From positions 24,118,001 to 24,182,000 of the forward strand of contig OX597840.1 of the NCBI GenBank assembly GCA_951406725.2: DNA of 64,000 nt, given 5' to 3'. Positions 1-12,284 of this stretch are shown here, piece by piece (positions within the stretch are counted from its first letter, which is position 1; each line of letters starts with the position of its first letter). The translations under genes were made by a program, and so were the position numbers. The notes below the pieces were generated by a model. It saw only the letters and a list, made by a program, of their open reading frames with translations. It searched no databases and had not been told where the DNA came from. This stretch comes from Octopus vulgaris. Taxonomy: Eukaryota.

Positions 1-184
1 ATATTGGGGGGTTAGGGTTAGGGGTGGGAGAAAAGGGTTTCTGTTATCTTCAGAAATGTAAACAAAGCCACTTCTGGTACATACGGTACCTATACCGAAG
101 GATCGCTAGATCCTGAATTTTTTTTTCCGGGTGCTGTTTTTAGTTTATATATTTACCGTGGGTTACATACAATACTTTTGTGAA

Positions 185-290
185 TGTATTAAATTTTGTT
201 AGGGACCCTTCTTTTGGATCACCGGTGTTGTTAAGGCGAGGGAAATTTTTCAACGTCACCGCCGCCTTAGCATCTTTGTAATTAATTAGT
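185..290 (+). promoter_or_regulatory. Conserved subfamily-A upstream element, orphan copy (E0)
   Basis: TGTATTAAATTTTGTTAGGGAC..TCACCGG (CACCG at 220)..AGGGAAAT..TCACCGCC (CACCG at 257)..TGTAATTA. Confidence 0.75.
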
Positions 291-643
291 CCAACGAAAT
301 TAATTACATCATTTAATCAAACTAATTCCTACGATAACTTAGCGGTTCGGCAAAAGAGACTGATAGAATAAGTACTAGGCTTACAAAGAATAAGTCCCGG
401 GGTCGATTTGCTCGACTAAAGGCGGTGCTCCAGCATGGCCACAGTCAAATGACTGAAACAACAAAAAAATATTAATATTAACCCTTTAGCATTTAAACTG
501 GCCTTATCTGGTTCAAATATCCTGTTTTATGTTGAGGCTAGACAGATCTCGCTTCTCACATCTACCATACAATGACAGTCAAAAGATAAAACAATCGCAT
601 AATTGAAATCTTGAAGCTATGAGATAATGCACCCTAAAAGGGT

Positions 644-1639
644 TACTCTTTACTCTTTTACTTGTTTCAGTCATTTGACTGCGGCCATGCTGGAGCACTG
701 CCTTTTAATCGAGCAACTCGACCCCGGGACTAGTTCTTTGTAAGCCCAGTACTTATTCTATCGGTCTCTTTTGCCGAACCACTAAGTGATGGCGACGTAA
801 ACACACCAGCATCGGTTGTCAAGCAATGCTAGGGGGACAAACCCACACATATATATATATACATATATACAACGGGCTTCTTTCAGTTTCTATCTACCAA
901 ATCCACTCACAAGGCTTTGGTCGGCCCGAGGCTATCTATCTGCGGCTTTATATAGCTATGGTAAGACCTCACCTGGAATTTGCATCACCGGTCTGGAACC
1001 CCTATCTTGCCCAGGATATCAATCATCTGGAAGCTGTTCAGCAACGTGCAACCAAAAGAATATCCTCCATCAGGCATTTGCCATATCCTGAACGCCTTAC
1101 TTCCCCAGGCATGGACACATTGAAACTCCGACGTCTGGCAGCTGACTTGGCAGACACCCATAAAATTATCAACCATCGTACAAACAATAACTCTGAGCAC
1201 CTTTTCAAACTCCACCCATCTAACACCCGTGGACATATTTACAAAGTCAGAAAACAGCACAGCTCCCATGACTTCAGGAAACATTTTTTCACGCTGAGAG
1301 TTGCTGAGGCATGGAACAAACTGCCGGCATCAGTTGTTAGTTGTCGGAGCACTGCATCCTTCAAAACTTCCATGCTTTCTGAGATTACCAACACTACACT
1401 TGATTTTCTCCCCTCCATACACACACAAGCATGTATCTGACTCATACATTGTTCGCTTTCCAGACATTTTTACATTACTGCATGTACTTTATATGCACTT
1501 TCTGACAAGTTGTGGTGCACCTGAGCACTGTATACAATAATTTCATTATTATTAAGACACTTGCCCAAGGTGCCATGCAGTGGGACTGAACCCAGAACTA
1601 TGTCGTTGGTAAACAAGCTACTTAGCACACAGCCACTCA
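644..1639 (-). mobile_element. tRNA-derived SINE family A, split by a CR1 insertion
   Basis: tRNA-like head, central (TA/CA)n, 3' end TGACTGAAACAAGTAAAAGAG. Confidence 0.85.
935..1552 (+). mobile_element. CR1-clade LINE 3' fragment inserted in a SINE
   Basis: LYIAMVRPHLEFASPVWNPY..LEAVQQRATK..TRGH..FFTLRVAEAWNKLP is the CR1 ORF2 C-terminus; (ATT)n tail. Confidence 0.9.
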
Positions 1640-1979
1640 TAAATATATTTTACTTTCGAAGTAGGAATATATATTGATAAACATGTCACACATATTAATT
1701 ATATTTCTTCCACAAAATATCCCTGTAAAACATGCATCATATGGGGGGGTTTGCTAAAAAGTTCTTGGGTTTGGGTAAACGAAAATACAGGAGATTCAGT
1801 TAATTATGATTTTATTCACCATATTCCCCTCTCAGATTTACACACATATTAAAGGTTCTTCAGTTTTTTCATGCCCTGTAAAAGAACTTCGAAGATTTGC
1901 CCTCCAGCCAGGTCTTTTGCTATATTCTTAAAACCAGGAACTTTTCAGCACCTCATATATATATATATATTCTTTTTTT

Positions 1980-2378
1980 TTTTTACTTGTTTCAGTCATT
2001 TGACTGCGGCCATGCTGGAGCACCGCCTTTAGTCGAGCAACTCAACCCTGGGACTTATTCTTTTGTAAGCCCAGTACTTATTCTATCAGTCTTTTTTGCC
2101 GAACCGCTAAGTGACGGGGACCTAAACACACCAGCATCGGTTGTCAAGCAATGCTAGGGGGACAAACACACACACACACATATATATATATATACATATC
2201 TACGACAGGCTTCTTTCAGTTTCTATCTACCAAATCCACTCACAAGGCTTTGGTCAGCCCGAGGCTATATCCCTGTATAGTAGAAGACACTTGCCCAAGA
2301 TCCCACGCAGTGGGACTGAACCCGGAACCATGTGGTTGGTAAACAAGCTTCTTACCACACAGCCACTCCTGCGCCTAT
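1980..2378 (-). mobile_element. SINE family A
   Basis: Full-length copy. Confidence 0.88.
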
Positions 2379-2665
2379 ATATACATATATATAGATTCAG
2401 ATGAATATGGTACTTAAGTTGAGGCACCAGAATTTAGTATGGTATTATCGATACAATTTCAAAATAAGCAACAAGGATATCCAAGGTATTGCGGTACGAC
2501 CGTTTAACATATTCCCATCTCAGATTCCCTTATTGCAGCAGTCCTTCAGTTTTTTCATGCCCTGTAAAAGAACTTGGAAAGTTGGGCCTCCAACCAGGCC
2601 TTTTGTAATACCCTTAAAACCAGGAACATTTCAGCACTTCCTCATATATATATATATATGTGTGT

Positions 2666-2922
2666 GTATATTTAAAGGGCAAACTACAAGGTGGTTGGCC
2701 ATATGCTAGAAGTAGATCACCTATTCATTCGTTAATAGGCGAAATTGCCGGTCTGTGAGTAATTCTGGTTTTTTAATATAATTTTCATCTGTCTTGCCTG
2801 CATTTTGTTCTGGTGTCCACTGAATTTTCCTCTAGAGAACATTCCTTTTTTTGTAGTTTGATCGTAGGTGATCTACTTCTAGCGTACAGCCGACCACCTA
2901 GTGGTTTGCCCTTTAAATATAC
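2666..2922. repeat. Inverted repeat element in a (TA)n/(TG)n context
   Basis: TATATTTAAAGGGCAAAC..GCTAGAAGTAGATCACCTA versus TAGGTGATCTACTTCTAGC..GTTTGCCCTTTAAATATA. Confidence 0.8.
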
Positions 2923-3039
2923 ACATGTATTAGAATTTTCTCAGATTTTTCAGATTTTTGTATGCTAGGCTACTGGTTTTAAATTGATATTAATTAAATT
3001 AACATTCAATTTATCTCCCTCATTATTTAAATTATATAT

Positions 3040-3447
3040 ACTCTTACTCTTTTACTTCTTTCAGTCATTTGACTGCGGCTATGCTGGAGCACTGCCTTTA
3101 GTCGAGCAAATCGACCCCGGGACTTATTCTTTGTAAGCCCAGTACTTATTTTATCGGTCTCTTTTGCCGAACCGCTAAGTGACGGGGACGTAAACACACC
3201 AGCATCGGTTGTCAAGCAATGCTAGGGGGACAAACACACACACACAAACATATACACACACACATATATATATACATATATACGACAGGCTTCTTTCAGT
3301 TTCCGTCTACCAAATCCACTCACAAGGCATTGGTTGGCCCGGGGCTATAGCAGAAGACACTTGCCCAAGATGCCACGCAGTGGGACTGAACCCGGAACCA
3401 TGTGGTTGGTTAGCAAGTTACTTACCACACAGCCACTCCTGTGCCTA
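3040..3447 (-). mobile_element. SINE family A
   Basis: Full-length copy. Confidence 0.88.
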
Positions 3448-3499
3448 TATATATATATTTATACACACACACACACATATATATATATACATACATACA

Positions 3500-3712
3500 C
3501 GAGAGAGTGCTGAAAAGTTCCTGGCTTTGGATAAAAGAAAATACAGGAGGATCAGTTAATTATGGTTTTATTCAACATATTCCCCTCTCAGATTCACTTA
3601 TTGCAGTGGTCCTTCAGTTTTTCTAAGCCCTGTAAAAGAACTCAGAAGGTTGGGCCTCCAGCCAGGCCTTTCGCGATACCTTCAAAGCAAGGAACTTTTC
3701 AGCACTTCCTCA
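3500..3712. mobile_element. Tc1/mariner-like MITE
   Basis: Inverted ends GTGCTGAAAAGTTCCT / AGGAACTTTTCAGCAC in a TA context; relatives at about 1741-1956 and 2505-2645. Confidence 0.7.
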
Positions 3713-4069
3713 CATACACTGGCAAATATGGTACTTTACACAATAATATCAGAATTATTTCTGAAAAAACGAGATTTTGCAACAGTTCAGTTTTTTTGAC
3801 TTTATAAAGATTACAACACCTTATACGCAGTTTGAGGGTTGCTTTTAACCTTGTTACACCAGATTCCTACTATTGCAGGAAATAGGTCAAATGTCATCTC
3901 TTTCTGATTTCCAGGAACGCAGTAATGAACAACACACACAGAAAAAGAAAATGCAGCAGATTCCGTCCGTTAGTTTTGCCTGCAATTGTTATTATTGAGC
4001 TGTATATGCAAATATTTTAATCCATCTTACCATTCTTTCTTGGGATATTCTAATCACATGTCTGTAGTT

Positions 4070-4805
4070 ATTGCTAAATTACTTCTGGATACAAAAGATT
4101 TTTCCACAAATATCACAATGACAGGGCTTCCCTCCAGTGCGACTACATATGTACATAAGCATTATTACATAATAAATGTTTGACCCTTTTTTTTATCATC
4201 TTTCTCTTGAAATACAGTCTTAGATCCTTCTTCAGTGTATATTCATTTAGCAACCACGTGCAGGTAGCACGTAAAAAGCACCCACTACACTCTCGGAGTG
4301 GTTGGCATTAGGAAGGGCATCCAGCTGTAGAAACTCTGCCAGATCAAGACTGGAACCTGGTGCAGCCATCTGATTCGCCAGACCTCAGTCAAACCATCCA
4401 ACTCATGCCAGCATGGAAAACGGACGTTAAACGACGATGATGATGATGATGATGAATTCAGGGTTTCCCAGAGTTTAGTGAAATATTTTGTTCTCAAAAT
4501 AGTACACTATGTGATGAGAATGATTTCCCACAGAATTCACCACAAAAATGTCTAGCATCTAGTGGTTGGCGGACGATAAATTTAGATTTGCAAGACAAGG
4601 ATCTCTGATTTTTTTTCTTTCGAAATGCTTTCCTTTGCTGTGCATTTCTTTGGGTCTTTTTAAGTGACCAGTAGCAATAAATGATTTCTCATATTTTACA
4701 ATGGAATGGTTTTTTTTTCTCCAGAGTATTTTTTTGCATATTGCCAAATTTGTTTTAGATTGAAAGATTTCCAACATATTTCACACTGAATGGATTTTTC
4801 TCTTG
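4070..4805 (-). pseudogene. Decayed zinc-finger remnants downstream of ZNF1
   Basis: Minus strand reads ..SRTGGKPCHCDICGKIF (about 4080-4150) and EKSIQCEICWKSF (about 4760-4800), split by SINEs. Confidence 0.65.
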
Positions 4806-5239
4806 GGTGCAAGTGCCACATTTCAAAGCACTGGTGCTTGTGCCACATTTCAAAGCACTGGTGCTTGTGCCACATTAAAAGGACTGGTGCTGGTGCCATG
4901 TCAAAGGCACCAGTGTTGATGCCATGTAAAGGCACTGGTGTTAATTCCACATTAGAAGCATTGGTGCCATGTAAAACCGCAGAGCTGGTGTGACATAAAA
5001 AGTACTGGTGATGGTACCTGCATAAAAAGCACCCAGTTCACTCTGTAAAGTGATTGGCATCATGAAGGGCATCCAACGGTAGAAGCCAACCAAAAAAACA
5101 GACAATGGAATCTGGTGTGGCCCCTGACCTTACCAGATCCTGTCGGGCCATCCAACCCATGCCAGGATGGAAAACAGACATTAAATGATGATGCAGATGA
5201 TGTACACATGTGTCAGTTATGTTTCTTTTTTGGGTGAGG

Positions 5240-5630
5240 GTAGTGAGCTGGCAGAAATGTTAGCACGCCGGGCAAAATGCGTAGCTGTATTTCGTCTGCC
5301 GCTACGTTCTGAGTTCAAATTCCGCCGAGGTCGACTTTGCTTTTCATCCTTTCGGGGTTGAAAAATTAAGTACCAGTTACGCACTGGGGCCGATATAATT
5401 GACTTAATCCGTTTGTCTGTCCTTGTTTGTCCCCTCTGTGTTTAGCCCGTGGTGGGTAGTAAAGAAATAGGTATTTCGTCTGGTTTTACGTTCTGTGTTC
5501 AAATTCCGCCGAGGTCGACTTTACCTTTCATCCTTTCGGGGTCAATAAATTATGTACCAGTTACGCACTGAGGTCGATGTAATCGACTTAATCCGTTTGT
5601 CTGTCCTTGTGGGTAGTAAAGAAATATATG
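5240..5630 (+). mobile_element. SINE family B (Nin-domain-like core), dimer
   Basis: GAGGTCGACTTTGCCTTTCATCCTTTCGGGGTC..AAGTACCAG core repeated. Confidence 0.8.
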
Positions 5631-5753
5631 TTTCTTTTTTGGGAGGCAGTCATGACATGCAATTTCCCTTTCGAGACAAAAGATTTCACAGTGGAGGAAT
5701 TTTTATGCAATTAATTACACAAATGGAAGGAAGATTCCTGCTATATTTCATAA

Positions 5754-6809
5754 TCAAACTTTTTCCCCCGTGTGTATTCGTTTGTGAACAACAAGACTAG
5801 AATTCTGTCTGAAAGATTTGCCACATATTTCACAATGGAAAGGTTTCTCTCCCGTATGAATCCGTTTATGAGTTGTTAAATCACTGTTGGACACAAAAGA
5901 TTTCCCACAGGTCTCACAACGAAAAGGCTTTTCTCCCGTGTGCATTCTTCTGTGAACCGCCAGGTGGGAATTTTGGGTGAAAGATTTCCCACAGATTTCA
6001 CAGTGAAAAGGTTTCTCCCCGGTGTGAGTTCGTTTATGAGTTGTTAAGTTACTACTGTCAAGAAACGATTCCCCGCAAATGTCACACTGAAAGGGGTTTT
6101 CCCCCGTATGCGTCCGGTTGTGTTTCGTTAATTCGCCGTTAGTGACGAACGATTTACCGCAAATTTCACAGTGAAACAGTTTCTCGCCAGAATGCCGTCG
6201 CTTGTGAATCGCCAAATTACTCCTGGAAACGAAGGATTTTTCACAAATATCACAATGATAGGGTTTCTCTCCCGTATGACTCCGTATGTGGATCAGAAGA
6301 TTCGGATTTCGAACGAAGGACTCCCCACATATTTCGCACCGAAACGGTTTGATTCCCGAATGGATCTTCATGTGTCTTCTCAACACAAGACCGCTGACGA
6401 AGGTCTTGTCACAGGTTTGACAATGGAACGGTTTCTCTCCGGTATGACTACGCACATGGATGACAAGCTCCGCATTCTGAAAGAAAGATTTCTCGCAGAT
6501 CTGACACTGGAACGGTTTATCGCAGACGTGGATTTTCTTGTGCCTCGTTAACTTAATCTTGGAGACGAACGATTTCTTACACATTTCACACTCGAGCAGG
6601 TTCCCCTTCTTGTGGTGCGTGTCTCTGTGCGCCAATAACTTCTGCTCCGAAGAGAATGGTTTCTTACATATTCCACAACTATATTCAGCAATATTCTTAC
6701 GTGTAGATCTTTGTTTAGTAAATCTTTCTTTACATAAAGGTTCCTTACCATTCTTCTGTGACTCTTTTACAGAACCAGCATCGTTCTTCAGGGGATTAAC
6801 GCGATCCAT
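5754..6809 (-). CDS. C2H2 zinc-finger protein (ZNF1, subfamily A), 11 fingers
   Basis: Tandem C-x2-C-x12-H-x3-H units with TGEKP linkers. The ORF track starts at TTG 6851; the first ATG (MDRVNPL) is at 6809 and matches the paralog starts. Confidence 0.93.
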   Translation of the reverse strand: MDRVNPLKNDAGSVKESQKNGKEPLCKERFTKQRSTRKNIAEYSCGICKKPFSSEQKLLAHRDTHHKKGNLLECEMCKKSFVSKIKLTRHKKIHVCDKPFQCQICEKSFFQNAELVIHVRSHTGEKPFHCQTCDKTFVSGLVLRRHMKIHSGIKPFRCEICGESFVRNPNLLIHIRSHTGEKPYHCDICEKSFVSRSNLAIHKRRHSGEKLFHCEICGKSFVTNGELTKHNRTHTGENPFQCDICGESFLDSSNLTTHKRTHTGEKPFHCEICGKSFTQNSHLAVHRRMHTGEKPFRCETCGKSFVSNSDLTTHKRIHTGEKPFHCEICGKSFRQNSSLVVHKRIHTGEKV

Positions 6810-6917
6810 GTTAATCCAAACCGGATTATCTAAACGTGGTAGAAATGTCAATTACTATAATCTCTTATGTGTCAGTTTCATGCCTCAGTTGCTGTGCTTT
6901 AGTTGTTTATTAATTAT

Positions 6918-7022
6918 AATTACATTAATTAAGGTTCCAAGTCAACGGTGTTGTTCCAAATATTTTCCTTTTGTCAGCGACACCGGTGTCATAAATAAAA
7001 GTTCCCTAACATAATTTAACAC
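6918..7022 (-). promoter_or_regulatory. Conserved upstream element of ZNF1 (E1)
   Basis: Minus strand AAATTATGTTAGGGAAC..GACACCGGTGTC..AGGAAAAT..AACACCG; boxes at 6984-6988 and 6946-6950. Confidence 0.78.
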
Positions 7023-7093
7023 CTTCAGAATCATCTTCAATATTATCAATTTGCTCTGTCCCACTATATCCAATATAGATTTTTTTAAAAAAC

Positions 7094-7297
7094 GGTACTA
7101 CTAGCGAACAGTGGTCCCGGTGCACGCGCCCATGCGCTAGCTACTCGTAAGTAGTCGATCCTACGACTTTTTAACCCTAACCTTAGTTTGTTTATAAAAA
7201 TAATTTATTTACTTAGTTTAAAAAATTATTTAGGATCGACTACTTACGACTACCTAGCGCGGATGCACGCGTGCGCGCACTGTTCGCTACTAGTACG
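7094..7297. mobile_element. Merlin-like MITE (GGTAC family)
   Basis: TIR GGTACTACTAGCGAACAGTG with long inverted arms. Confidence 0.75.
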
Positions 7298-7769
7298 AAA
7301 ACAGAAAAACTATCATCCCGTAAAATATTGCTTGCCCGCTAGACATAGCAGCTAATTCCCGTTCCGATTACACTAATCTTCCCATTAAAGAGACGAGCAG
7401 ATTTGATTCTGTTGTTCTTAAGTGTTTCTCACCAATTTTTACCTATGGACCCCTTTGGTTCCTATTTTATTCGGATGAACCCTCCGAGTCATTTGATCCG
7501 CCGGGTTCGGTCTCCACAGGCAGAAGTTGACAAGTCCTTGCTCACCAAAAGTTAAAATCCAACGGCCATCCTCATCGTAGTTTTGTTCGTCTATGGCCTC
7601 CGTTGCCCAGGGCGTTGCAGTATTTGCATGCAAGCAGCTTCGAGGAGCCACAGGTGGGAACTATGTACCAGGTGAGGACCAAAACGGATGAACTACTCCG
7701 AAGAGCACCACATGTCCCCCTATCAAAGGTACTACTACATCCAGATGCCCATACACAAGCACGTATAAG

Positions 7770-7786
7770 CACACACACACACATAG

Positions 7787-7841
<55 letters not shown>

Positions 7842-7938
7842 TAAAAAGACAGATAAATAGATAGATAGATAGATAGATTAGACAGACAAATAGATAGACA
7901 GATAGATAGACAGACAAATAGATAGATAAATAGACAGG

Positions 7939-7978
<40 letters not shown>

Positions 7979-8135
7979 CATAGATAGACAGACAGATAGA
8001 TAGACAGACAGATAGGTAGATAAATAGACAGGTAGATAGATAGACAGACAAATAGATAGACAGACAGACACACAGACAAATAGATAGATAGACAGAAAAA
8101 TAGATAGATAGACAGACAAATAGATAGATAGATAG
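7770..8135. repeat. Compound (CA)n(TA)n(GA)n(GATA/GACA)n microsatellite
   Basis: Direct reading. Confidence 0.95.
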
Positions 8136-8479
8136 TAAAACTGAAATAGAATGTGGGTCTGAGGGTGTCTATAGAAGAGACTATAAGACATCCAAAGACA
8201 TCACCACAGCCAAAGATCGATGACCAGTGGCGAAGGGAAATAACCACTAAGAGTTTTACCTTTAAAACAAGACTTTTCCCCCTCCATATTTCAAAGAGGT
8301 CTCAGGCCAGCAAGGTTTGGGGCCTAAAGCTACGCTAAAAGGCTAAACCCCTTATGAGCGAGAAACCCAGGGTAACCCTATAAACCAGCCCATTCTACTA
8401 TAATATATATGTATATATACGGTCACAATGAGGATATAAATAACAATTGCAGGTGAATTTGTGTGTGTAAGCGCCGTCC

Positions 8480-8720
8480 CGACTGGCCTCGTGCCGGTGG
8501 CACGTAAAAAGCACCATCCATCCGTGGCAGTTTGCCAGCTCCGTCTGGCACGTAAAAAGCACCCACTACACTCACGGAGTGGTTGGCGTTGGGAAGGGCA
8601 TCCAGCCGTAGAAACACTGCCAGATCAGACTGGGCCTGGTGCAGCCTTCTGGCATCCCAGACCCCAGTTGAACCGTCCAACCCATGCTAGCATGGAAAGC
8701 GGACGCTAAATGATGATGAT
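8480..8720 (+). mobile_element. Family C non-autonomous retroposon with a (GAT)n tail (representative copy)
   Basis: GGTTGGCGTTAGGAAGGGCATCCAGC..CCATGCTAGCATGGAAAGCGGACG..(GAT)n; other copies at about 4255, 14931, 20770, 21596, 27911-28435, 35255, 45895, 54527, 56770 and 57192. Confidence 0.8.
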
Positions 8721-8938
8721 ATATATATATATATTCTGCATGATTCTTTACTTCATATTAGCTGTAAGAATGCCTTGTACACTCTCAGAATGCCTTGTAC
8801 ACTCTCAGTAGTGTTAGAATCTAATGAAATTGCTTTTCCATGTTTTTCAGTTATGGATAAGTATGTGTGTGTGCTTGTGTGTACATGACTAAAGGACACT
8901 GAAAACTGCTTCTATGTAATATTTTAACCAGAGTTTAA

Positions 8939-9387
8939 CCCTTTTGTTACTGTATCTATTTAGAGATGCTCTGTGTTTCTTTCAATTATTTTAAATATAA
9001 TAAAGAATTTAGTAAAATAACTTTAAGCTAGTGTTAGGAACATAAATTGTGACTAAGGTTTGGTGGAAGATTTTAATTCAGAACTTTTGAAAAGACATTT
9101 GTACTCAGAGCAAAAGGTAGTTTCAGCCAGGTTGGTATCAAAAGGGTTAAATTAATCATTTGTTAACCCTTTTGTTACCATATTTCTGTTGAGATGCTCT
9201 GTGTTTCTTTCAATTAATTTTAAATATAACAAAGAATTTAGTAAAATAACTTAGTTATCATTAAGCTAGTATTAGGAACATAAATTGTGACTAAGGTTTG
9301 GTGGAAGATTTTAATTAAAAAATTATGAAAACAAGACATTTGTACTCAGAGCCAGAACCAGTTTCAGTTGGGTTGGTAACGAAAGGG
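8939..9387. mobile_element. Two adjacent piggyBac-like MITEs
   Basis: TTAA-CCCTTT...AAAGGG-TTAA at 8939-9146 and 9167-9387. Confidence 0.8.
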
Positions 9388-9635
9388 TTAAAAGAACAGA
9401 TTTTACTTATTGTCAGGTTGTTGGCACTATTGTCACAATGATCTAGAAAGTTAAGAAACATCAACAGTCTTTTCTTCGCAAAGAAGTTAAATCAAATTTG
9501 CAGATATCTTAATTTTATTGAAGCTAATTGTGAACATACTTTGTAGAGGTGAGCAAATGAGAAATAACAGTTGCTACCCAAACACAAAAATCGTGTTACA
9601 CTGTAATTTTCCGTATTCTTCACAATATGATTTTT

Positions 9636-10050
9636 GGATCTTTTCGGTTTGAACGGCAGTTTTTTTAAATAATTTCTAGGTAACTAAAAAACTTTAAACT
9701 TCGTATACTGGTAGAATGTGTTTATAAAACATCTTTTTTCTTTTCGCTTTATTGAGAAAATTCTATAGTTTGTAAGATATTTGTTGTTCTTTTTTTCTTC
9801 AATTTCTGCAATTTCAACCAATCAATGGCATCTATTGAGGTGAAAACATTCTGTGCTGTATGAATATGTCCCTCGTTTAAGAAACAGATTGGGTTTATTT
9901 ATATTTGTGAAGAAAAAAAAGATACTCTTCCCCCACCATTAACCCTAAAACAGATTGAAATGCAATAGATCGATACTAGGGTCATAATTATGGGTGACAA
10001 TTTCATATGACGCCGCTAGAAAAAAACTGCCGTTCAAACTGAAAAGATCC
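9636..10050. mobile_element. Merlin-like MITE (GGATC family)
   Basis: TIR GGATCTTTTCGGTTTGAACGGCAG; 8-bp TSD tgattttt/cgattttt. Confidence 0.8.
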
Positions 10051-10094
10051 CGATTTTTCGTTATGGTTACTAGATGAAAGACTTGTTACATATT

Positions 10095-11189
10095 TCACGG
10101 TGAATATGTTCCACTCAAGTGTGTATTTTTATGCGCCAGCAATTCTTTCCTAGACACAAAAGACTTCATACAAACAACACAGTTTTCCCCCGTGTGAGTC
10201 CTTTTATGAGATGTCAGTTCACTGCTGGAGACAAAACATTTCCCACAGATCTCACAGCGATGCTGTTTGTCCCCAGTATGTCTCCGTTTGTGCATCGTTA
10301 AGTCACTGTTAGAAACGAAAGACAGACCACAAATTTCACAACGAAAGGGCTTTTCTCCAGTATGCCTTCGTATGTGAAATATAAGATGAGAATTCTGCCT
10401 GAAAGATTTCCCGCATATTTCACAGTGGAAAGGTCTCTCTCCCGTGTGGGTCCGTTTATGAGTTATCAAGTTACTACTATCAAGGAACGAATCCCCGCAA
10501 ATATCACAGCGAAAAGGGGTTTCCCCCGTATGCGTCCGGTTGTGTTTAGTTAATTCGTCATTAGCCACGAAACATTTACCGCAGATTTCACAACGAAACG
10601 GTTTCTCGCCAGAATGTATTTTCTTGTGATGTACCAAATTACTACTAGACACGAAAGATTTCCCACATAGATCACAACGATAGGGTTTCTCTCCCGTATG
10701 ACAACGCGTGTGGATAACAAAACTCTTTTTCCAGAAGAAGGATTTCCCACAGATCTTGCAGCAAAACGGTTTTTCTCCAGTGTGTAGGTTCCTATGTTCC
10801 TTCAGGTTGCTTACACTCACGAACGACTTATCACATATCTCACAATGGAACGGTTTCTCTCCCGTATGGCTACTCATATGAGCAACAAGCTTGCATTTGT
10901 GAACAAAATATTTCCCACAGATTTCACAACGAAACAGTCTTTCTCCAGAATGGAACCTCTTGTGACTTGTCAAATTACTTTTGGACACATAGGATTTCTC
11001 ACATATTTCACAGCGGAATGGTTTCTGGTGAATTTTCTTGTGCTTTAATAAATCATCTTCTGAAGTGAATGGTTTCTTGCAAATACCACAGCTATATTCT
11101 GTAATATTCCTGCGTAAAGATCTTCGTTTAGTAAATGGTTCTTTGCATAAAGATTCCTTACCATTGTCCAAATTATCAACATTTTCCAT
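10095..11189 (-). CDS. C2H2 zinc-finger protein (ZNF2, subfamily A), 12 fingers
   Basis: 364-aa ORF of C2H2 repeats with HTGEKP linkers; N-terminus homologous to ZNF1. Confidence 0.93.
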   Translation of the reverse strand: MENVDNLDNGKESLCKEPFTKRRSLRRNITEYSCGICKKPFTSEDDLLKHKKIHQKPFRCEICEKSYVSKSNLTSHKRFHSGERLFRCEICGKYFVHKCKLVAHMSSHTGEKPFHCEICDKSFVSVSNLKEHRNLHTGEKPFCCKICGKSFFWKKSFVIHTRCHTGEKPYRCDLCGKSFVSSSNLVHHKKIHSGEKPFRCEICGKCFVANDELTKHNRTHTGETPFRCDICGDSFLDSSNLITHKRTHTGERPFHCEICGKSFRQNSHLIFHIRRHTGEKPFRCEICGLSFVSNSDLTMHKRRHTGDKQHRCEICGKCFVSSSELTSHKRTHTGENCVVCMKSFVSRKELLAHKNTHLSGTYSP

Positions 11190-11319
11190 ATTAATTAACC
11201 AGGAATTCTTAAAAGCTGTAGAAATGTCTGTGGATATAATCTATTACAGCTTAGTATTATGTCTTCGATATCATTAAACTTCTTTTACGTGATTTAATTA
11301 ATTTAATTGGACTAATTAT

Positions 11320-11430
11320 AACTAATTATAAAAATGCTGAGGGTATGTGGCCGGTGTCGATGAAAAACTGTTCTCTACTGAATAACATCGGTGACAGATG
11401 ACAAAAGGTTCCTTAACATAATTTAACACA
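11320..11430 (-). promoter_or_regulatory. Conserved upstream element of ZNF2 (E2)
   Basis: AAATTATGTTAAGGAAC..GTCACCG..CGACACCGG; boxes at 11389-11393 and 11352-11356. Confidence 0.78.
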
Positions 11431-12091
11431 CTAGAGACACAATCGAATTTATCGCACCAGAAGCGAATACACCGATTCCTTTATTTTGGCACTCTGGCCA
11501 CGAACACAGAAGGGGACACTACAAGGACAGACACAGCACCAAAGTGGGGACAATAAACATAAAACGAATGAAGATGGATATTATATAACAATGGAAAATG
11601 AAATGGCTGCATGGGCCCAAGAAGCGAATGCCCTACCCTGCAAAATAACGAACAAACTTCAGCCTGATTGATCTATATGCTAGAACTAGCAGCTAAAGTC
11701 TTCTTAGATTATATCCTACTGTTTCACAAAAATGTACACTTGTTATTATAGTCCGAGACGAGATAAGAAGAGAAAAATAAGAAAACACCATTATCACAAG
11801 TGAAATGTCCGTGATAAGTCATCGATCTTTTCGAGTGTGCTGGTGTGGGAATAAAGGATCGATGATTTTATTCAAACCACAAGGGTTAAACAAAGAGTGG
11901 ACACTACACGAGACAAAAAGGGGTCGGGACTTATCGTATATAGTAAATAAATACATTATACTTTCGGATGAAAATGAAAGAATGAATGGACGTGGAATGG
12001 GTTTGAACCCCCACCAACCGCATTCCTGCGATGAACCGTTTACTTCGTCCTTCTCCAGATATGCTTTCCCTTTTAAGTGATATAAAAAGAG

Positions 12092-12140
12092 GACGTAACT
12101 TCGGTATAGGTACCGGATACATTTCAAGAAAGTGTTTTTT

Positions 12141-12193
<53 letters not shown>

Positions 12194-12284
12194 GGGTTAG
12201 GGTTAGGGGTGGGAGAAAAGGGTTTCTGTTATCTTCAGAAAATGTAAACAAAGCCACTTCCGGTACTTATACCAAAGGATCGCC
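12092..12284. mobile_element. Merlin-like MITE (GGCGA family)
   Basis: Imperfect TIRs, internal (TA)n and GGGTTAGGGTTAGGG. Confidence 0.75.

Noticed and set aside
8-24. Telomere or chromosome-fusion scar (TTAGGG)2
   Set aside because: It is an internal part of a MITE that recurs at 12192-12210
826-1440. 204-aa ORF as a host gene
   Set aside because: It is a chimera of SINE sequence and a 5'-truncated CR1 ORF2 C-terminus
6918-7022. Upstream element as the terminus of a ZNF-carrying transposon
   Set aside because: I found no matching inverted or direct repeat or TSD at the gene 3' ends, and the ZNF6-8 structure points to unequal crossover as the duplication route
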